Assembly (NCBI GenBank): GCA_040219255.1 | Contig: JAVJSW010000059.1 | Location: forward strand, 1 to 64,000 | Reading direction: 5' to 3' | Origin: Sumerlaeia bacterium | GTDB taxonomy: Bacteria; Sumerlaeota; Sumerlaeia; SLMS01; JAHLLQ01 | DNA length: 64,000 nt | Shown here: one piece after another, positions 9,814-19,915 of the stretch | How positions within the stretch are numbered: position 1 is the first letter of the stretch | Layout of the letters: each line of letters begins with the position of its first letter | Program-made: the position numbers and the translations under genes | The notes under the pieces: generated by a model | Database searches by the model: none | Seen by the model: only the letters and a program-made list of their open reading frames with translations | Told to the model about the DNA's origin: nothing

Positions 9814-9864
9814 CCTCGCTTTTCTCCGGGCCTCGCTTTTCTCTGGGCCATACTTTTCTGTGGG
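9814..9864. repeat. 3 x 17-bp tandem repeat upstream of the TerC gene
   Basis: cctcgcttttctccggg / cctcgcttttctctggg / ccatacttttctgtggg. Confidence 0.75.
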
Positions 9865-9958
9865 CGCGCGAATCGGAAAAGCCGCCAAAACGATTCCCTC
9901 TGGCGGAGGGCTTTCGCTCTAGCGGCTGTAAGGAACCGGGTCTCGCAGCGGGGGCCGG

Positions 9959-11884
9959 TTAGTTGGCGATCACGTCCGCCACGTCCACCAGGCCGTCCTC
10001 GTTGGCGTCGCCGTTGGTGCCGCTGTCTTCCGTGATGATGTCGATGATTTCGTCATCCGTGATCACGGGGGTCGCGGTCGGCGTCGGTGTCGACGTCGCT
10101 GTTGGGGTTGGCGTCGCCGTGGGTGTAGGCGTCGCGGTACCGGTGGGGGTCGCGGTGCCGGTCGGTGTCGGCGTAGGCGTCGCGGTGCCGGTCGGTGTGG
10201 GTGTCGCCGTCAGGGTCGGCGAGGGAGTGGGCGTCGGAGTGACCGTCGGCGTCAGGGTCGGCGTGGGTGTGGCGGTCGAGGTCGGTGTGGGGGTGGGTGT
10301 CGGGGTCGAAGTCATCGTTGGCGTGGGGACGATATCGCCCTTGGGCTGGATGGCAAAGGCGCCGATGATGATGTCCAGGTCGATTTCCGTGGGGGTCGGG
10401 GGCGGTCCGCCCTTGGTGATGGTGCGATCGACGATCACCATTTGCGAGTCGCGCAGGTTCTGGGGGAACTCCACGCCGTCGATGCGGGTCACGAAGAACG
10501 TGTCGCTCGCCGCCATCAGGATCTGGCTCTCCGTCACGTTCATGACGACGGACACGGGCCGGTCGATGGTGGTCATGGGGAAGAGGCTGACGATGTTGTC
10601 GCCGCCACCGCCCTTCACGAGGGGAAGGGAATAGCCGTAGAGCACGGAAGTGTCGCGCACCGCCTCATAGCTGCGGGGCTCGGCGAGGAACCCGGCGGCG
10701 TCGGCGGCCGACGCGCTGCCCAGGTACATGCCGGTGCCTTGCGGGTCCATGATGCCCCAGGTGAGCACCAACCGGTCCGCGGCGTGATCGGGCGTGAACA
10801 GCGCGTCGGGCTGGTTGTTTGGCTTGATGACGGTCGTGCCGCCGGTGCTCGTGAAAAGGCTGCCGCCGGGCGTCTCGTAGGAATGCACCAGCGGCGGGAA
10901 GACTGTCTGGATATCCGTCGGCTCGACGGTCAGGAGCGGTGCACCGGCGTTGAGGAGTTCTTCCGTGGCCGTGTCCAGTTGGTAGATGTTGAAGGGGTCG
11001 TTGAGCACTTCGTCGGCCACGAAGGGGAACGTGAGAATGCCGCGGAAGCCGGTGTAGCCGCTGAAGATGCGCAGCACCGAGTCATCGGCTGGCGGCACGT
11101 CGGAGGGCGGCACGCTGGAAATCGGCGATCCGCCCGGGTAGGGAAAACCGCAGAAGAAGGACGGAATGGCCAGATCGGCATCGCCCACGGGGGGGGTAAC
11201 TGGCAGCGATTTCGTGATGGCTGGGGTTCCATCCGTCGAGATGATGTGGAGCTGCGCTCCGACCAGCATGTTCTCGTCCGGGTTGGTGCAGAAGTAGGCT
11301 TTGCTGCCGTCGGAATTGACCCAGACCGGGCTTGGCGTGGTGCCGGTCGGCAGAGCCGCGATTTCCGTCAGGGCTCCGTCGTCCTCGATCTGGAACACGA
11401 GCACCTGCTTGTCGTGGGCGTCGCTCAGGAAGGCGAACTTGCCCGTGGGAGCGATCGTGAAGCCGACCGGTTCGAAGGCGTCTTCGTCGCTCGATTCGAG
11501 AATCTCGACGTCGATCGGCGGCGGACCCTGCACCGGGCCCTTGCCGGAGAACGCCGTGATCACCGACCCGGTGCTGAAGACGGTGATGCGGCCGTTCGGT
11601 TCGTTAGCGTTGCCATCGCCACCATTGACCAGATAGACGATCGAACCGTCGGGGCTGAAGGCGGGGACGTTGGGGTCTGAACCGGCGCTCAGATCGGTGA
11701 AGTCCCAGCCGCCTACGGGAGTGATCACGCTGGCGGTTTCGACATCGACGATGACCACACGGTCACCGGTTTTGTTCTCGGTCAGAACGGTGGAACCGGG
11801 AAACCAGGCATAGGGCGCGGCTTGAACCCCCGCGGCGGCGGCCACCAACGCGGAGGCCAATACTAACGAAGTGCGCTGCGACAT
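9959..11884 (-). CDS. secreted beta-propeller protein with Pro/Thr linker and dockerin-like C-terminus
   Basis: signal peptide '[22 protein letters not shown]'; blades 'FSPDGSIVY', 'IAPTGKFAF', 'NSDGSKAY'; (TP)n tract; '[14 protein letters not shown]'. Confidence 0.8.
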   Translation of the reverse strand: MSQRTSLVLASALVAAAAGVQAAPYAWFPGSTVLTENKTGDRVVIVDVETASVITPVGGWDFTDLSAGSDPNVPAFSPDGSIVYLVNGGDGNANEPNGRITVFSTGSVITAFSGKGPVQGPPPIDVEILESSDEDAFEPVGFTIAPTGKFAFLSDAHDKQVLVFQIEDDGALTEIAALPTGTTPSPVWVNSDGSKAYFCTNPDENMLVGAQLHIISTDGTPAITKSLPVTPPVGDADLAIPSFFCGFPYPGGSPISSVPPSDVPPADDSVLRIFSGYTGFRGILTFPFVADEVLNDPFNIYQLDTATEELLNAGAPLLTVEPTDIQTVFPPLVHSYETPGGSLFTSTGGTTVIKPNNQPDALFTPDHAADRLVLTWGIMDPQGTGMYLGSASAADAAGFLAEPRSYEAVRDTSVLYGYSLPLVKGGGGDNIVSLFPMTTIDRPVSVVMNVTESQILMAASDTFFVTRIDGVEFPQNLRDSQMVIVDRTITKGGPPPTPTEIDLDIIIGAFAIQPKGDIVPTPTMTSTPTPTPTPTSTATPTPTLTPTVTPTPTPSPTLTATPTPTGTATPTPTPTGTATPTGTATPTPTATPTPTATSTPTPTATPVITDDEIIDIITEDSGTNGDANEDGLVDVADVIAN

Positions 11885-12107
11885 GGAGCGTCCTCTTTCG
11901 ACTTGGGTCTGTCTCGACACCGAATTTTCGGATGGCAATCATTGCCCGTTGGCCACTTGGCCGGGGGCAAGATCTCTTTTCTCAACTGAGCCTGAATCCG
12001 GCACGGAGTTGCAGCAGATCAAGGAAAATCCCGAAGCCAATCCTGCGAAAGCGGGGACGAGAAGGTACCCGAAGTTCCGCACGCCCCCTTCTTTATTTCC
12101 GAATCAT

Positions 12108-12350
12108 TCAAGTGACGACCGGGTCCGACTTCTTCCCCGCCGCCAGACTTGGCAGAATCGGGCAGGGAAACGGCACCACCGTGCGCCCCGTTTCGAGCGC
12201 GTACTCCAGATAGGGCCCGCACAGGCCACAGTGGGTCGAGCAGCCTTGCCCCGCGGCCAGTTCCTCAAGTGTCGTGGCGCCGTTCTCGCGCGCCCAGGCA
12301 ATCAATTCCGCGAAGGATTTTCCCTCGCATAAGCAATGGGTCACAGGCAT
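12108..12350 (-). CDS. BFD-like (2Fe-2S)-binding protein
   Basis: C-x-C ... C-x2-C pattern ('HCLC', 'HCGLCGPY'); 80 aa; starts 1 bp after the PduO stop. Confidence 0.8.
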   Translation of the reverse strand: MPVTHCLCEGKSFAELIAWARENGATTLEELAAGQGCSTHCGLCGPYLEYALETGRTVVPFPCPILPSLAAGKKSDPVVT

Positions 12351-12351
12351 A

Positions 12352-13068
12352 TCAGGCCGTACCGCCCTCCTTCTCCGATGGCATCGGGGGTTCGGGCAGA
12401 TCGCGCCGCCAGATCGCCTCGCCCGCTTCCATGCGCTGATTCGCCCAGCGCGCCAGCACGAACAGCACGTCCGAGAGCCGGTTGATGTAGCTCTGCGCCG
12501 CGTCGCCCGTTTCTTCCACGTGCGAAAGCGCCACCACGCAGCGCTCGGCCCGGCGGCAAACGGTTCGCGCGTGCTGCAGGGTCGCTCCCGTCCGCGTTCC
12601 GCCCGCCAGAACGAAGTCTTTCAGCGGCGGCAACTGGCCGTTGAACGCGTCGCAGAGCCGCTCCAGGTAGCCGACGTGCTCCTCGGTAATCACCGGCATC
12701 AGCGGATGGCGGTCCTCTACCCGCGTCGCCAGATCGCCACCGAGCGTAAACAATTGATTCTGAATGAATTCCAGATGGCTCGCCAGCGTTTCCGCGTCCG
12801 TCGGCTCGGTGAAGCGGCACGTTTCGCGCTCCGCCTCCAGCCGCGCCAGGCCCAGCAGCGCGCTCAACTCGTCCACCGTCCCGTAAGCTTCAATACGCAC
12901 CGAGTCTTTCGAGACGCGCTGGCCACCCACCAGGCCCGTCAGGCCGCGATCGCCGCTGCGGGTATAGACGCGGGTGATGCGGTTGCCTTCCCGCTCGCGA
13001 GGCGGGGTTGGGGGGGAGGCGGAATCGGTCGCCATGGGGTTGGGCTCTCCGGTTTGGGGGTCAGTCAA
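12352..13068 (-). CDS. pduO: ATP:cob(I)alamin adenosyltransferase, PduO type
   Basis: 'VYTRSGDRGLTGL'; 'RIEAYGTVDEL'; 'ARTVCRRAER'; 'YINRLSDVLFVLAR'. Confidence 0.93.
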   Translation of the reverse strand: MTDPQTGEPNPMATDSASPPTPPREREGNRITRVYTRSGDRGLTGLVGGQRVSKDSVRIEAYGTVDELSALLGLARLEAERETCRFTEPTDAETLASHLEFIQNQLFTLGGDLATRVEDRHPLMPVITEEHVGYLERLCDAFNGQLPPLKDFVLAGGTRTGATLQHARTVCRRAERCVVALSHVEETGDAAQSYINRLSDVLFVLARWANQRMEAGEAIWRRDLPEPPMPSEKEGGTA

Positions 13069-14017
13069 AACGATATTTCCTTCTCAAAAACTCGCTGCCG
13101 CGGACGCTTTGCTCGCCCACCCGCGACGCCACTTTCTCCCCCGCAAGGCCCAAGCCGCAGGCCGGGCCGATGGTGCTCTGGCGGAGAATCGTCCGCGTCA
13201 TCGCGCCGCCAAAGCGGGCTTCGAGCCGCCGCGCCAGATCCGCCGCCAGCGCCTCTGGGTCCCCGGCCGAGCCATCCGCCGGAATCAGCCCCCAGCCCAC
13301 CATGCCGCCGGCCCGCACGAAATCGCCGAGCCAGGCGCCGGGCTCGAGCAGTGCGGACAGCGAGACCTCGCAGTCCACGTGGAGGTGCGCGCCGCCGGCC
13401 CGTGTCAGCTCTGGCCCCAGCGCGGACCAATCGGCCGCGCCGCAGCAGTGCACGCCGAGGGAGCCGGGCGCGGCGCGGGTTTCGTCCAGAGCGGCGGCCC
13501 ACAGCTTCCCCGCCAGCGCCGGGTCCACTCCGCCCGCCATCGGCTCGTCCAGGGTCAGCACCGGAAAAAATCCGGTCCGCCGCGAAATCAGTCCGCCCAG
13601 AGCGGCCATCGCCGCGCCGCACCATCGGGCCAGGCGGAGGGCCGCGTCGAGCCGCGCGATCACCGGTTCGCCGTCCGGAAAAAAAAGCCGCTGGGCCAGC
13701 GTCACGGGCCCCACCCGTTGATCCCGGAAGACCGCCGCCCCCGCGAAGTCGATCAAAGTTTCGTGGCGGAAGAATTCCTCTGCCGGGGCCAGGGGCAATG
13801 CCTCCGGCAGACGCAGCGACTCGCCCGGCACCTCCCATTGCCAAGGCCCGGTCCGGTGCCAGAGCTGGCCCTCCCAAGGAGCCAGCATCTCGGAAAGCAT
13901 GTCGCTGCGGTCGAAGGGCGGCAACTGGGGGCGGCCGGGCTGGGCGGGGGCGTAGTGGCGCAGGAACTCCATCGCCCGGCGCAATTCCGCGAAGGGCAGG
14001 CTGCCAGGGAACGCCAC
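13061..14017 (-). CDS. MetE C-terminal-like / MesB-like (URO-D/MetE fold) protein; true start may lie slightly upstream
   Basis: 'PGSLP', 'PQLP', 'GPVTL', 'LDEP', 'GVHCCGAADW', 'GWGLIP', 'PACGLG'. Confidence 0.7.
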   Translation of the reverse strand: MAFPGSLPFAELRRAMEFLRHYAPAQPGRPQLPPFDRSDMLSEMLAPWEGQLWHRTGPWQWEVPGESLRLPEALPLAPAEEFFRHETLIDFAGAAVFRDQRVGPVTLAQRLFFPDGEPVIARLDAALRLARWCGAAMAALGGLISRRTGFFPVLTLDEPMAGGVDPALAGKLWAAALDETRAAPGSLGVHCCGAADWSALGPELTRAGGAHLHVDCEVSLSALLEPGAWLGDFVRAGGMVGWGLIPADGSAGDPEALAADLARRLEARFGGAMTRTILRQSTIGPACGLGLAGEKVASRVGEQSVRGSEFLRRKYRFD

Positions 14018-14195
14018 GGCGCAGTCGGGTTGCCAGGCGGCCGGGTTGGCGTCGCGATGGAGTGCGGGGGACGAGGAAGTCAGGGGCGGGACGCTCCGTA
14101 AGGCGTTGCCCGCGAACGGAGGACAAGGTAGAAGCGGCGACCGGAACGGGGCGAAAGGGTGGCCTGGATGAAGGGCCCTCGCGCGGTGCCAGAAG

Positions 14196-14345
14196 CCCGC
14201 TCACCCCAAGTCCGCGAGGGTTCGCAAGCGCGTTGAAAACATCGGGAGAGCGGGCAGTATCGGGCTTCCGGGGTGAGGGAACCACCGGTTACCGTAGCGG
14301 GCCTGCGCCGGATTCTCACCGGTCTTCCTGTGGCGCGCTCCGTGT
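14196..14345 (-). promoter_or_regulatory. cobalamin riboswitch (compact, class-II-like)
   Basis: minus strand: AGGAAGACCGGTGAGAATCCGGCGCAGGCCCGCTACGGTAA...GGAAGCCCGATACTGCC (B12 box); closing pair gagcg/cgctc; downstream hairpin ccctcgcggacttgggg contains CTCGC, able to pair with L5 GTGAG; lies upstream of pduO. Confidence 0.85.
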
Positions 14346-14494
14346 TTTTCAATGCCATCACCGCCGAGCGGCGGCGCCTTGGCAAGGGCAAAGGCCCGGA
14401 TGCGGCGGTTTTGCCCATTGCATTGCCCCGCGCTCTGGCCGGATGCTTGCTTCCTTGAAACCCGATTCGCACCACCGAGGAGACGCTCCCTTTC

Positions 14495-15238
14495 ATGACC
14501 CACGATTCCGCCCGCCGAGAGCCCCCCATGCGCGTGGCCGCGCCCGCCTGGAAGTTCTTCGTTCCGCTCATGCTCGCGGGCCTCGCGGCCCTGGCGGCAG
14601 CCCTGCTACTGTCCATTCCGTCGCTCATCGCGGTCTTCGCCTTGCTCGCGATTCTGGCGCTCTATGTGCTCTATTTCTTTCGCGATCCCGGCCGCAAGCT
14701 CCCCGATGGAATCGCCGATGGCTACATCTGCCCCGCCGACGGCAAAGTGGTCAGCGTGATCGAGGTCCCGGAGGAGCGCCTGCCGGAAGGCCGCGCCCGC
14801 CGCGTCGCCATCTTCCTCAACGTCTTCAACGTCCACATCCAGCGCGCCCCCCACGCTGGCACGATCCGCGAAATCGTCCGCAAAGAGGGCAAGTTCATCA
14901 ACGCCCTGAACGAGAAGTGCAGTGAAGAAAACGAGCAGGTCACCCTGTGGCTCGATGGCGCCAACGGCCAGACCTACGGCATCCGCCAGATCGCCGGCGC
15001 CATCGCCCGCCGCATCGTGGTCTGGTTTCCCGAGGGCGAGAAAGTCGCGCAGAGCGAGCGTTACGGTCTGATCCAGTTTGGTTCTCGCGTCGAAATCTTC
15101 CTGCCCCTCGGCGCGGAGGTCCTCGTCAAACCGGGCCAGATCGTCCGCGGCGGAAGCACCCTGTTGGCGTCCGCGCCTAAGGCCGCCGCCGGCACCGCCC
15201 AGGGCGCCATCGAAACCGCCGAGCCTTCCACCGTTTAA
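14495..15238 (+). CDS. psd: phosphatidylserine decarboxylase
   Basis: 'YFFRDP', 'CPADGKV', 'IFLNVFNVH', 'QIAGAIARRI', self-cleavage 'FGSRV'. Confidence 0.93.
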   Translation: MTHDSARREPPMRVAAPAWKFFVPLMLAGLAALAAALLLSIPSLIAVFALLAILALYVLYFFRDPGRKLPDGIADGYICPADGKVVSVIEVPEERLPEGRARRVAIFLNVFNVHIQRAPHAGTIREIVRKEGKFINALNEKCSEENEQVTLWLDGANGQTYGIRQIAGAIARRIVVWFPEGEKVAQSERYGLIQFGSRVEIFLPLGAEVLVKPGQIVRGGSTLLASAPKAAAGTAQGAIETAEPSTV

Positions 15239-15243
15239 GCCTC

Positions 15244-16161
15244 ATGCCGAATCCCGCCGACAACCCCGCACTCTCGGATACGAACGGCGAGAAACAGCGC
15301 CGCCGCACCGTTTACGTTCTTCCGAACCTGATCACCAGCGGCAGCCTGTTCTCCGCCCTCTGCTCGCTCATCGCCACCAGCCATGGCGATTACGTGATGG
15401 GTTGCTATCTGATCCTGCTGTCCGCCGTGCTCGATGGACTCGACGGTCCCATCGCCCGGCTCACCCACACCCAAAGCCCCTTTGGCGTTCAGTACGATTC
15501 GCTGTGCGATTGCGTCGCCTTTGGCGTCGCGCCCGCTTTCCTGATGTACCACAAACTCGCCGAGATCAACGAAGAGGTCGCGCTCTATCGCTGGACCGAC
15601 GACATCTCCGTCGGGGTCTGCGGACTGTTCGCCGTTTGCGGGGCCATCCGGCTGGCGCGATTCAACCTCCAGATCAACGACGAAGAAAAGCTCTTCTTCA
15701 CCGGCCTCCCCATTCCCGCCGCCGCCGCCGCGGTGGTCAGCACCTTCCTGGTCATCGAGAGCTTTCTCACCGATTCCCGAATCCTTCACTGGATGATTCT
15801 CATCCTCATGCTGGTGTTGGCGTATCTGATGGTCAGCACCGTTCCCTTCGCCGGGCCCAAGGTCTTCCTGCGCCGGATGCGTGGCTCGATCCGGGGCCTG
15901 GTGACAGCCGTCTTCGCCATCTTCTTCACCGTGACGTTCCGCGAATTCTTCCCCATCATCGCCTTCGCCGTCATGATGAGCTACCTCGGCCTGGGCGTCG
16001 TCAAGGTCCTGCGCCAGAAACGCAAGGCCATGCGCGAGTACTCGCCCGGAGGCGACATCACCATCGACGACATGGTCGACGAGGAGGAAGAATCCGGCGA
16101 CGCGATCTCTCCCGAACCCAACAAAACCCCACCTCCCCCCGGAAGCTCGAGCCAAACCTGA
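15244..16161 (+). CDS. pssA: CDP-diacylglycerol--serine O-phosphatidyltransferase
   Basis: 'LPNLIT'; CDP-alcohol phosphotransferase motif 'DGLDG.IAR....S.FG..YDSLCD'; 'RLARFN'; adjacent to psd. Confidence 0.93.
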   Translation: MPNPADNPALSDTNGEKQRRRTVYVLPNLITSGSLFSALCSLIATSHGDYVMGCYLILLSAVLDGLDGPIARLTHTQSPFGVQYDSLCDCVAFGVAPAFLMYHKLAEINEEVALYRWTDDISVGVCGLFAVCGAIRLARFNLQINDEEKLFFTGLPIPAAAAAVVSTFLVIESFLTDSRILHWMILILMLVLAYLMVSTVPFAGPKVFLRRMRGSIRGLVTAVFAIFFTVTFREFFPIIAFAVMMSYLGLGVVKVLRQKRKAMREYSPGGDITIDDMVDEEEESGDAISPEPNKTPPPPGSSSQT

Positions 16162-17565
16162 ATGACCAAGCGCCCCCCGAAGTCTCAAGCGTCCCAACCC
16201 AAAGTCTACGCCCCCGCCACCGCTCGAAGCGCCGCCCTCGACGCGCTCCTGCGCGTCCGCGACGCGGCGGCCCCTGGCCTCGCCGAATGCCTTGTCGAGG
16301 TTGGTCTCGCCGATAGCCGCGACCTGGGCCTGGCGCGCGAAATCGCCTACGGCGTGGCGCGTCATGGCCGCTGGCTCGAGGAATCCCTCAAGCGCGCCCT
16401 GCGCGATTACCGCCCGCCCAACAAACGCGTCACCCGAATGGCCGTGATTTGCGCCGTTTATCAGCACGCCTTTCTCGACCGCATCCCGCCCCACGCCATT
16501 GTCAGCGAAGCGGTCGAGCTGATCAAGGCCCGCGATCACAACCCCCGCATCGCCGGCTGGGCCAATTCGATCCTGCGCCAGATGGCCAAGACACCACCCG
16601 AGCGCTTCCTTCCGGGCGAAGACCTTCCCTGGCCCCTGCGGTTTTCCGCGCCCGAGGAGTTGATTCCTTTCGTGGCGCGAGCGTTGGAGGACGACGGCGA
16701 ACAGGCGGCGTTTTGGGGCTCCGCCCAGGAAACCGCCCCCCTTGTCCTGCGGGGCCGTGGGCCTGAGAAGGACGCCATGCTCCCCCGGCTCGCCGAGCAA
16801 CTGGCCGGGCGCGCCAACGTCCGCCAGAGCCGGTGGCTGCCCGACGCCTACATCGTCGAGCAGGCTCCCGGATTGTCCCCCGCCGAGCTTCCCCTTTTTC
16901 GCGACGGCCAACTCACCGTCGAGGACGAAGGCGCCCAACTCGCCGTTTCCCTCGCTACGGCGGGCGACGTTCGGGGCCGGGTGCTGGACCTCTGTGCCGC
17001 CCCCGGCGGCAAGACGGCCTATCTCCTCGACCGCCACGGTGAGGGCGACCTCGCTCTGACCGCCACCGACGTGTCCGAAGCCAAACTCGAACGCCTGCGC
17101 GAGACGCTGGCGCGCTTTGGCCTGGAAGGCCGCGCCGGCCTTGGCATCGCCGAAGAAGTCCTAACCGAATCGCCCGAGGGCGATTTCCACCTTGTCCTCC
17201 TCGACGCCCCCTGTTCGGGTCTCGGTACGATCCGGCGCCATCCGGAAATCAAGGTGCGCCGCCACCCCGAGGACATCGCTCAACTCGCCCGCATCCAGAA
17301 AGCACTGCTTCATCGAGCCGCCCGGCTCGTCGAACCGGGCGGCCTGCTGGCCTATACGGTCTGCACCGTCACGCGCGAAGAAGGCGAAGAGGTCATCGAC
17401 GATTTCCTCGTCATGCACCCGGAATTCACCCTCGAACCCGCCCCCGCCGAGGCGCTGCCCTTCGATCCCGAACCCTTCCGCTGCGACAGCGGACTCTACC
17501 GCACCTGGACCCACCGCGACGGCTGCGATTGCTTCACGGCCGCCCGATTGCGGCGCCAATCGTAG
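16162..17565 (+). CDS. rsmB: 16S rRNA m5C967 methyltransferase RsmB/Sun (NusB-like + SAM domain)
   Basis: 'VLDLCAAPGGKT'; 'LLDAPCSGLGTIRRHPEIK'; 'YTVCT'. Confidence 0.92.
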   Translation: MTKRPPKSQASQPKVYAPATARSAALDALLRVRDAAAPGLAECLVEVGLADSRDLGLAREIAYGVARHGRWLEESLKRALRDYRPPNKRVTRMAVICAVYQHAFLDRIPPHAIVSEAVELIKARDHNPRIAGWANSILRQMAKTPPERFLPGEDLPWPLRFSAPEELIPFVARALEDDGEQAAFWGSAQETAPLVLRGRGPEKDAMLPRLAEQLAGRANVRQSRWLPDAYIVEQAPGLSPAELPLFRDGQLTVEDEGAQLAVSLATAGDVRGRVLDLCAAPGGKTAYLLDRHGEGDLALTATDVSEAKLERLRETLARFGLEGRAGLGIAEEVLTESPEGDFHLVLLDAPCSGLGTIRRHPEIKVRRHPEDIAQLARIQKALLHRAARLVEPGGLLAYTVCTVTREEGEEVIDDFLVMHPEFTLEPAPAEALPFDPEPFRCDSGLYRTWTHRDGCDCFTAARLRRQS

Positions 17566-17675
17566 AAGCTTCCTTGCGGTCGCTGGAACGGCCTGCTAGG
17601 TCTCAAGCCCATTCTCCACCCACGATGTGCTGCGGGGCTTGCTCAAAGCCCTGAGCGCTTTGGAGTTGACCGCCT

Positions 17676-18635
17676 GTGACCACGCCCCCGCCGATCCCTC
17701 CACCACCCCGGCATACACCCGGCGATGGCAATGTGCCCTCGGGCCACAAACCCCTGAAGAAAAAATTCGTCCGCCGCGAAGCGGGCGCCCAGGGCGAGAC
17801 CATCCGCTGCCAGTCCTGCGGATCGCCGCTCGAGCTGCGCGACCCCGCGCGGGCCCAACTGCTCACCTGCACCGCCTGCGGCGCGGTGCTCGATCTGTCT
17901 GGCGACGAACAGAAAATCCTGCGTAAGGTTCTTCTCGAACAGACCCCCTACTCGCCCCTCCCCCTTGGGTCGAAAGGCACCCTGAAGGGCGTCGAATGGG
18001 AAGTCATCGGCCGCCTCGTGATGAAGGGCAGCGACTCGGAGGAAACCTGGTTCTGGGACGAGTTTTTGCTTTTCTCTCCCACGCAAGGTTACGCGTGGCT
18101 GGAGGCTGGCGAGGGGGTCTGGAAGTTCCTGCGCAAAGCCCGCGGAAAACCCGGTTTCGACCCGCGCCACCTGGTGATAGGCTACCGGCCCTTCGGCCAT
18201 CAGGGCGAATCCTATCGTGTCACGGAACGCGATTTCGCCACCGTCGATTACATCCACGGCGAATTTCCCTACATCCCCGAAATCGGCGCCCGCTCGGAGT
18301 ATGTCGATACCCAATCGCGGACGGGACAGCTCCTTGTGGCGGAATGGACGGCCAACGAAGTCGAGTGGCTGACGGGAAAAATCTATTCGCCCCAGGAAAT
18401 TCAGAAGGCGTTCAACCTGAAAGAGATGCCGAAGACGACATCGGCGGGCGTGGGCGGATTTCTGAGCGGCGCGCGCAATTCTCAGAAGTCCGCCGAAACG
18501 AACCTCGCTGTGATCGTGATCGTTGTCATCATTGTCTTCTTCCTCTGCTGCTCCGGGGCAGGCTCCAGTGGCTCCGCCGGCGGCGGCAGCGTCCGCATCG
18601 GCAGCGGCGGCTTCAGCAGTTTCGGCGGAAAGTAG
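17676..18635 (+). CDS. DUF4178-domain protein with zinc ribbon
   Basis: CxxC..CxxC; 'WDEFLL...GYAWL'; 'GEFPY'; C-terminal TM plus Gly/Ser tail ending GGK. Confidence 0.75.
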   Translation: MTTPPPIPPPPRHTPGDGNVPSGHKPLKKKFVRREAGAQGETIRCQSCGSPLELRDPARAQLLTCTACGAVLDLSGDEQKILRKVLLEQTPYSPLPLGSKGTLKGVEWEVIGRLVMKGSDSEETWFWDEFLLFSPTQGYAWLEAGEGVWKFLRKARGKPGFDPRHLVIGYRPFGHQGESYRVTERDFATVDYIHGEFPYIPEIGARSEYVDTQSRTGQLLVAEWTANEVEWLTGKIYSPQEIQKAFNLKEMPKTTSAGVGGFLSGARNSQKSAETNLAVIVIVVIIVFFLCCSGAGSSGSAGGGSVRIGSGGFSSFGGK

Positions 18636-18636
18636 C

Positions 18637-19161
18637 TCACCCGCGCGGCTTGCCCACCCGGTCGTACCAACTGTCCGCCACCGTCGTCGCGAATCGCCCG
18701 GCGCGCAGCGGCTCCAGGTCCTCGATCAGGTGATCGAACACGCGGGTCGAATCGATGATCCGGCCCTCGGCGCGGCGGTTCTTGAATTCCAGGTTGTTGA
18801 GGAAAACGACGGCGCCATCCTGCTCCACGGCCAGGCGCGGCGCGTTGAGCATCCGCCGGCCGAGCTGGGTTTCGTAATGCAGCAGCGCGTGAGTCAGTCC
18901 GTCCTTGGTGCAGCCCGACAGGTCCCCGCCCGATGGCTCGTAAGCCACCGCCAGGAAGTAGAACCGCCCGCCCAGGTTGCCGGTCAACTCCACGGCGGCG
19001 TTGCGAGCGGCGCCTTTCTCGACCCACTGCGCGGCCATTTCCGACACCAGAGCCAGCAGCGGCGTCGCTTCGTCCCGCGTCAGGCCACCCTCGATGGGCA
19101 CGATGCGTACCTTGGCGGTGGCCGGCAGGGCTTGAAAGGTGGAGAGCGTTTCGGTCGTCAT
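18637..19161 (-). CDS. conserved hypothetical protein ('SGCTKD' motif)
   Basis: 174-aa ORF with host codon usage; 'SGC..D' and 'T.VFDHLI' motifs. Confidence 0.7.
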   Translation of the reverse strand: MTTETLSTFQALPATAKVRIVPIEGGLTRDEATPLLALVSEMAAQWVEKGAARNAAVELTGNLGGRFYFLAVAYEPSGGDLSGCTKDGLTHALLHYETQLGRRMLNAPRLAVEQDGAVVFLNNLEFKNRRAEGRIIDSTRVFDHLIEDLEPLRAGRFATTVADSWYDRVGKPRG

Positions 19162-19213
19162 GGGATGCGCGTCCTTGGGTCAGATGGAGGACTGTGAGGC
19201 AAACCTCGCGCCA

Positions 19214-19915
19214 TCAATAACGGATGTAAACCTTCACCGGCCCGCCGGCGTCGTCCACTTCGGCTTCGATCATACCGCTGCGGATGTCCAGGGGGCGGAT
19301 GCCCTTGTACTTGCGGCCGATGGAGAGTTCCTCGTCATCGATCAGCACCATCGAGTCGGCGCCGAGAATGAGCGCGCCCTTGATTTCGACACCCAGATCG
19401 GCGGGCGAGATGAGCTGATTTTCCGCGAAACGCGGGGTAGGCCGGGGCGTGATGCGCGGCGTTGGGCGAGGCGTCGCCGTGGGCCGGGCGGGGACTTCCA
19501 CGGCGGCCACGGGGGTTTGCGTCGGCATCGGTGTGGGCGAGGGTGTTGGGGTGGGCGTGATGGCCGGGGTTGGGGTCGGGCCGAGCGTGGGCGTCGCGGG
19601 CTTGATGGTGCCGCCTGTCATGTCGCTCGGCGCGTCCCGCGCACCCATCTGGTCCACGACGACAGAAGCCATTTCCTGAGGCCGGTCGTCCCGGCCCCGG
19701 CTCAGCAAGACACCGATCAGGACGACTCCTCCAAGCACCAGCACGCCAAAAAACGCAGCCCCCGCCAGGAGCGCCAAGCGCATCTGGCGCCGGTGCTTTT
19801 CCTCCATCTCGCGCAGCCGCCGCTCGCGCTCCTGCGCCAGCCGGTCTTCCGTCGAGCCGGCGCGGGCCTGCTTCGCTTTGCTGGCTTTTTCCAGCGCGTC
19901 CAGAATCGAACTCAT
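19214..19915 (-). CDS. exeB: ExeB/GspB-like protein
   Basis: 'MSSILDALEKA' N-terminus, single TM, Pro/Thr linker; overlaps the exeA stop. Confidence 0.75.
   Translation of the reverse strand: MSSILDALEKASKAKQARAGSTEDRLAQERERRLREMEEKHRRQMRLALLAGAAFFGVLVLGGVVLIGVLLSRGRDDRPQEMASVVVDQMGARDAPSDMTGGTIKPATPTLGPTPTPAITPTPTPSPTPMPTQTPVAAVEVPARPTATPRPTPRITPRPTPRFAENQLISPADLGVEIKGALILGADSMVLIDDEELSIGRKYKGIRPLDIRSGMIEAEVDDAGGPVKVYIRY

Noticed and set aside
9725-9958. yybP-ykoY (Mn) riboswitch upstream of terC
   Set aside because: The conserved GGGGAGTA-type core was not found.
10070-10330. Repeat array, possible CRISPR
   Set aside because: Degenerate codon repeats encoding a Thr-Pro linker; no repeat-spacer structure and no cas genes.
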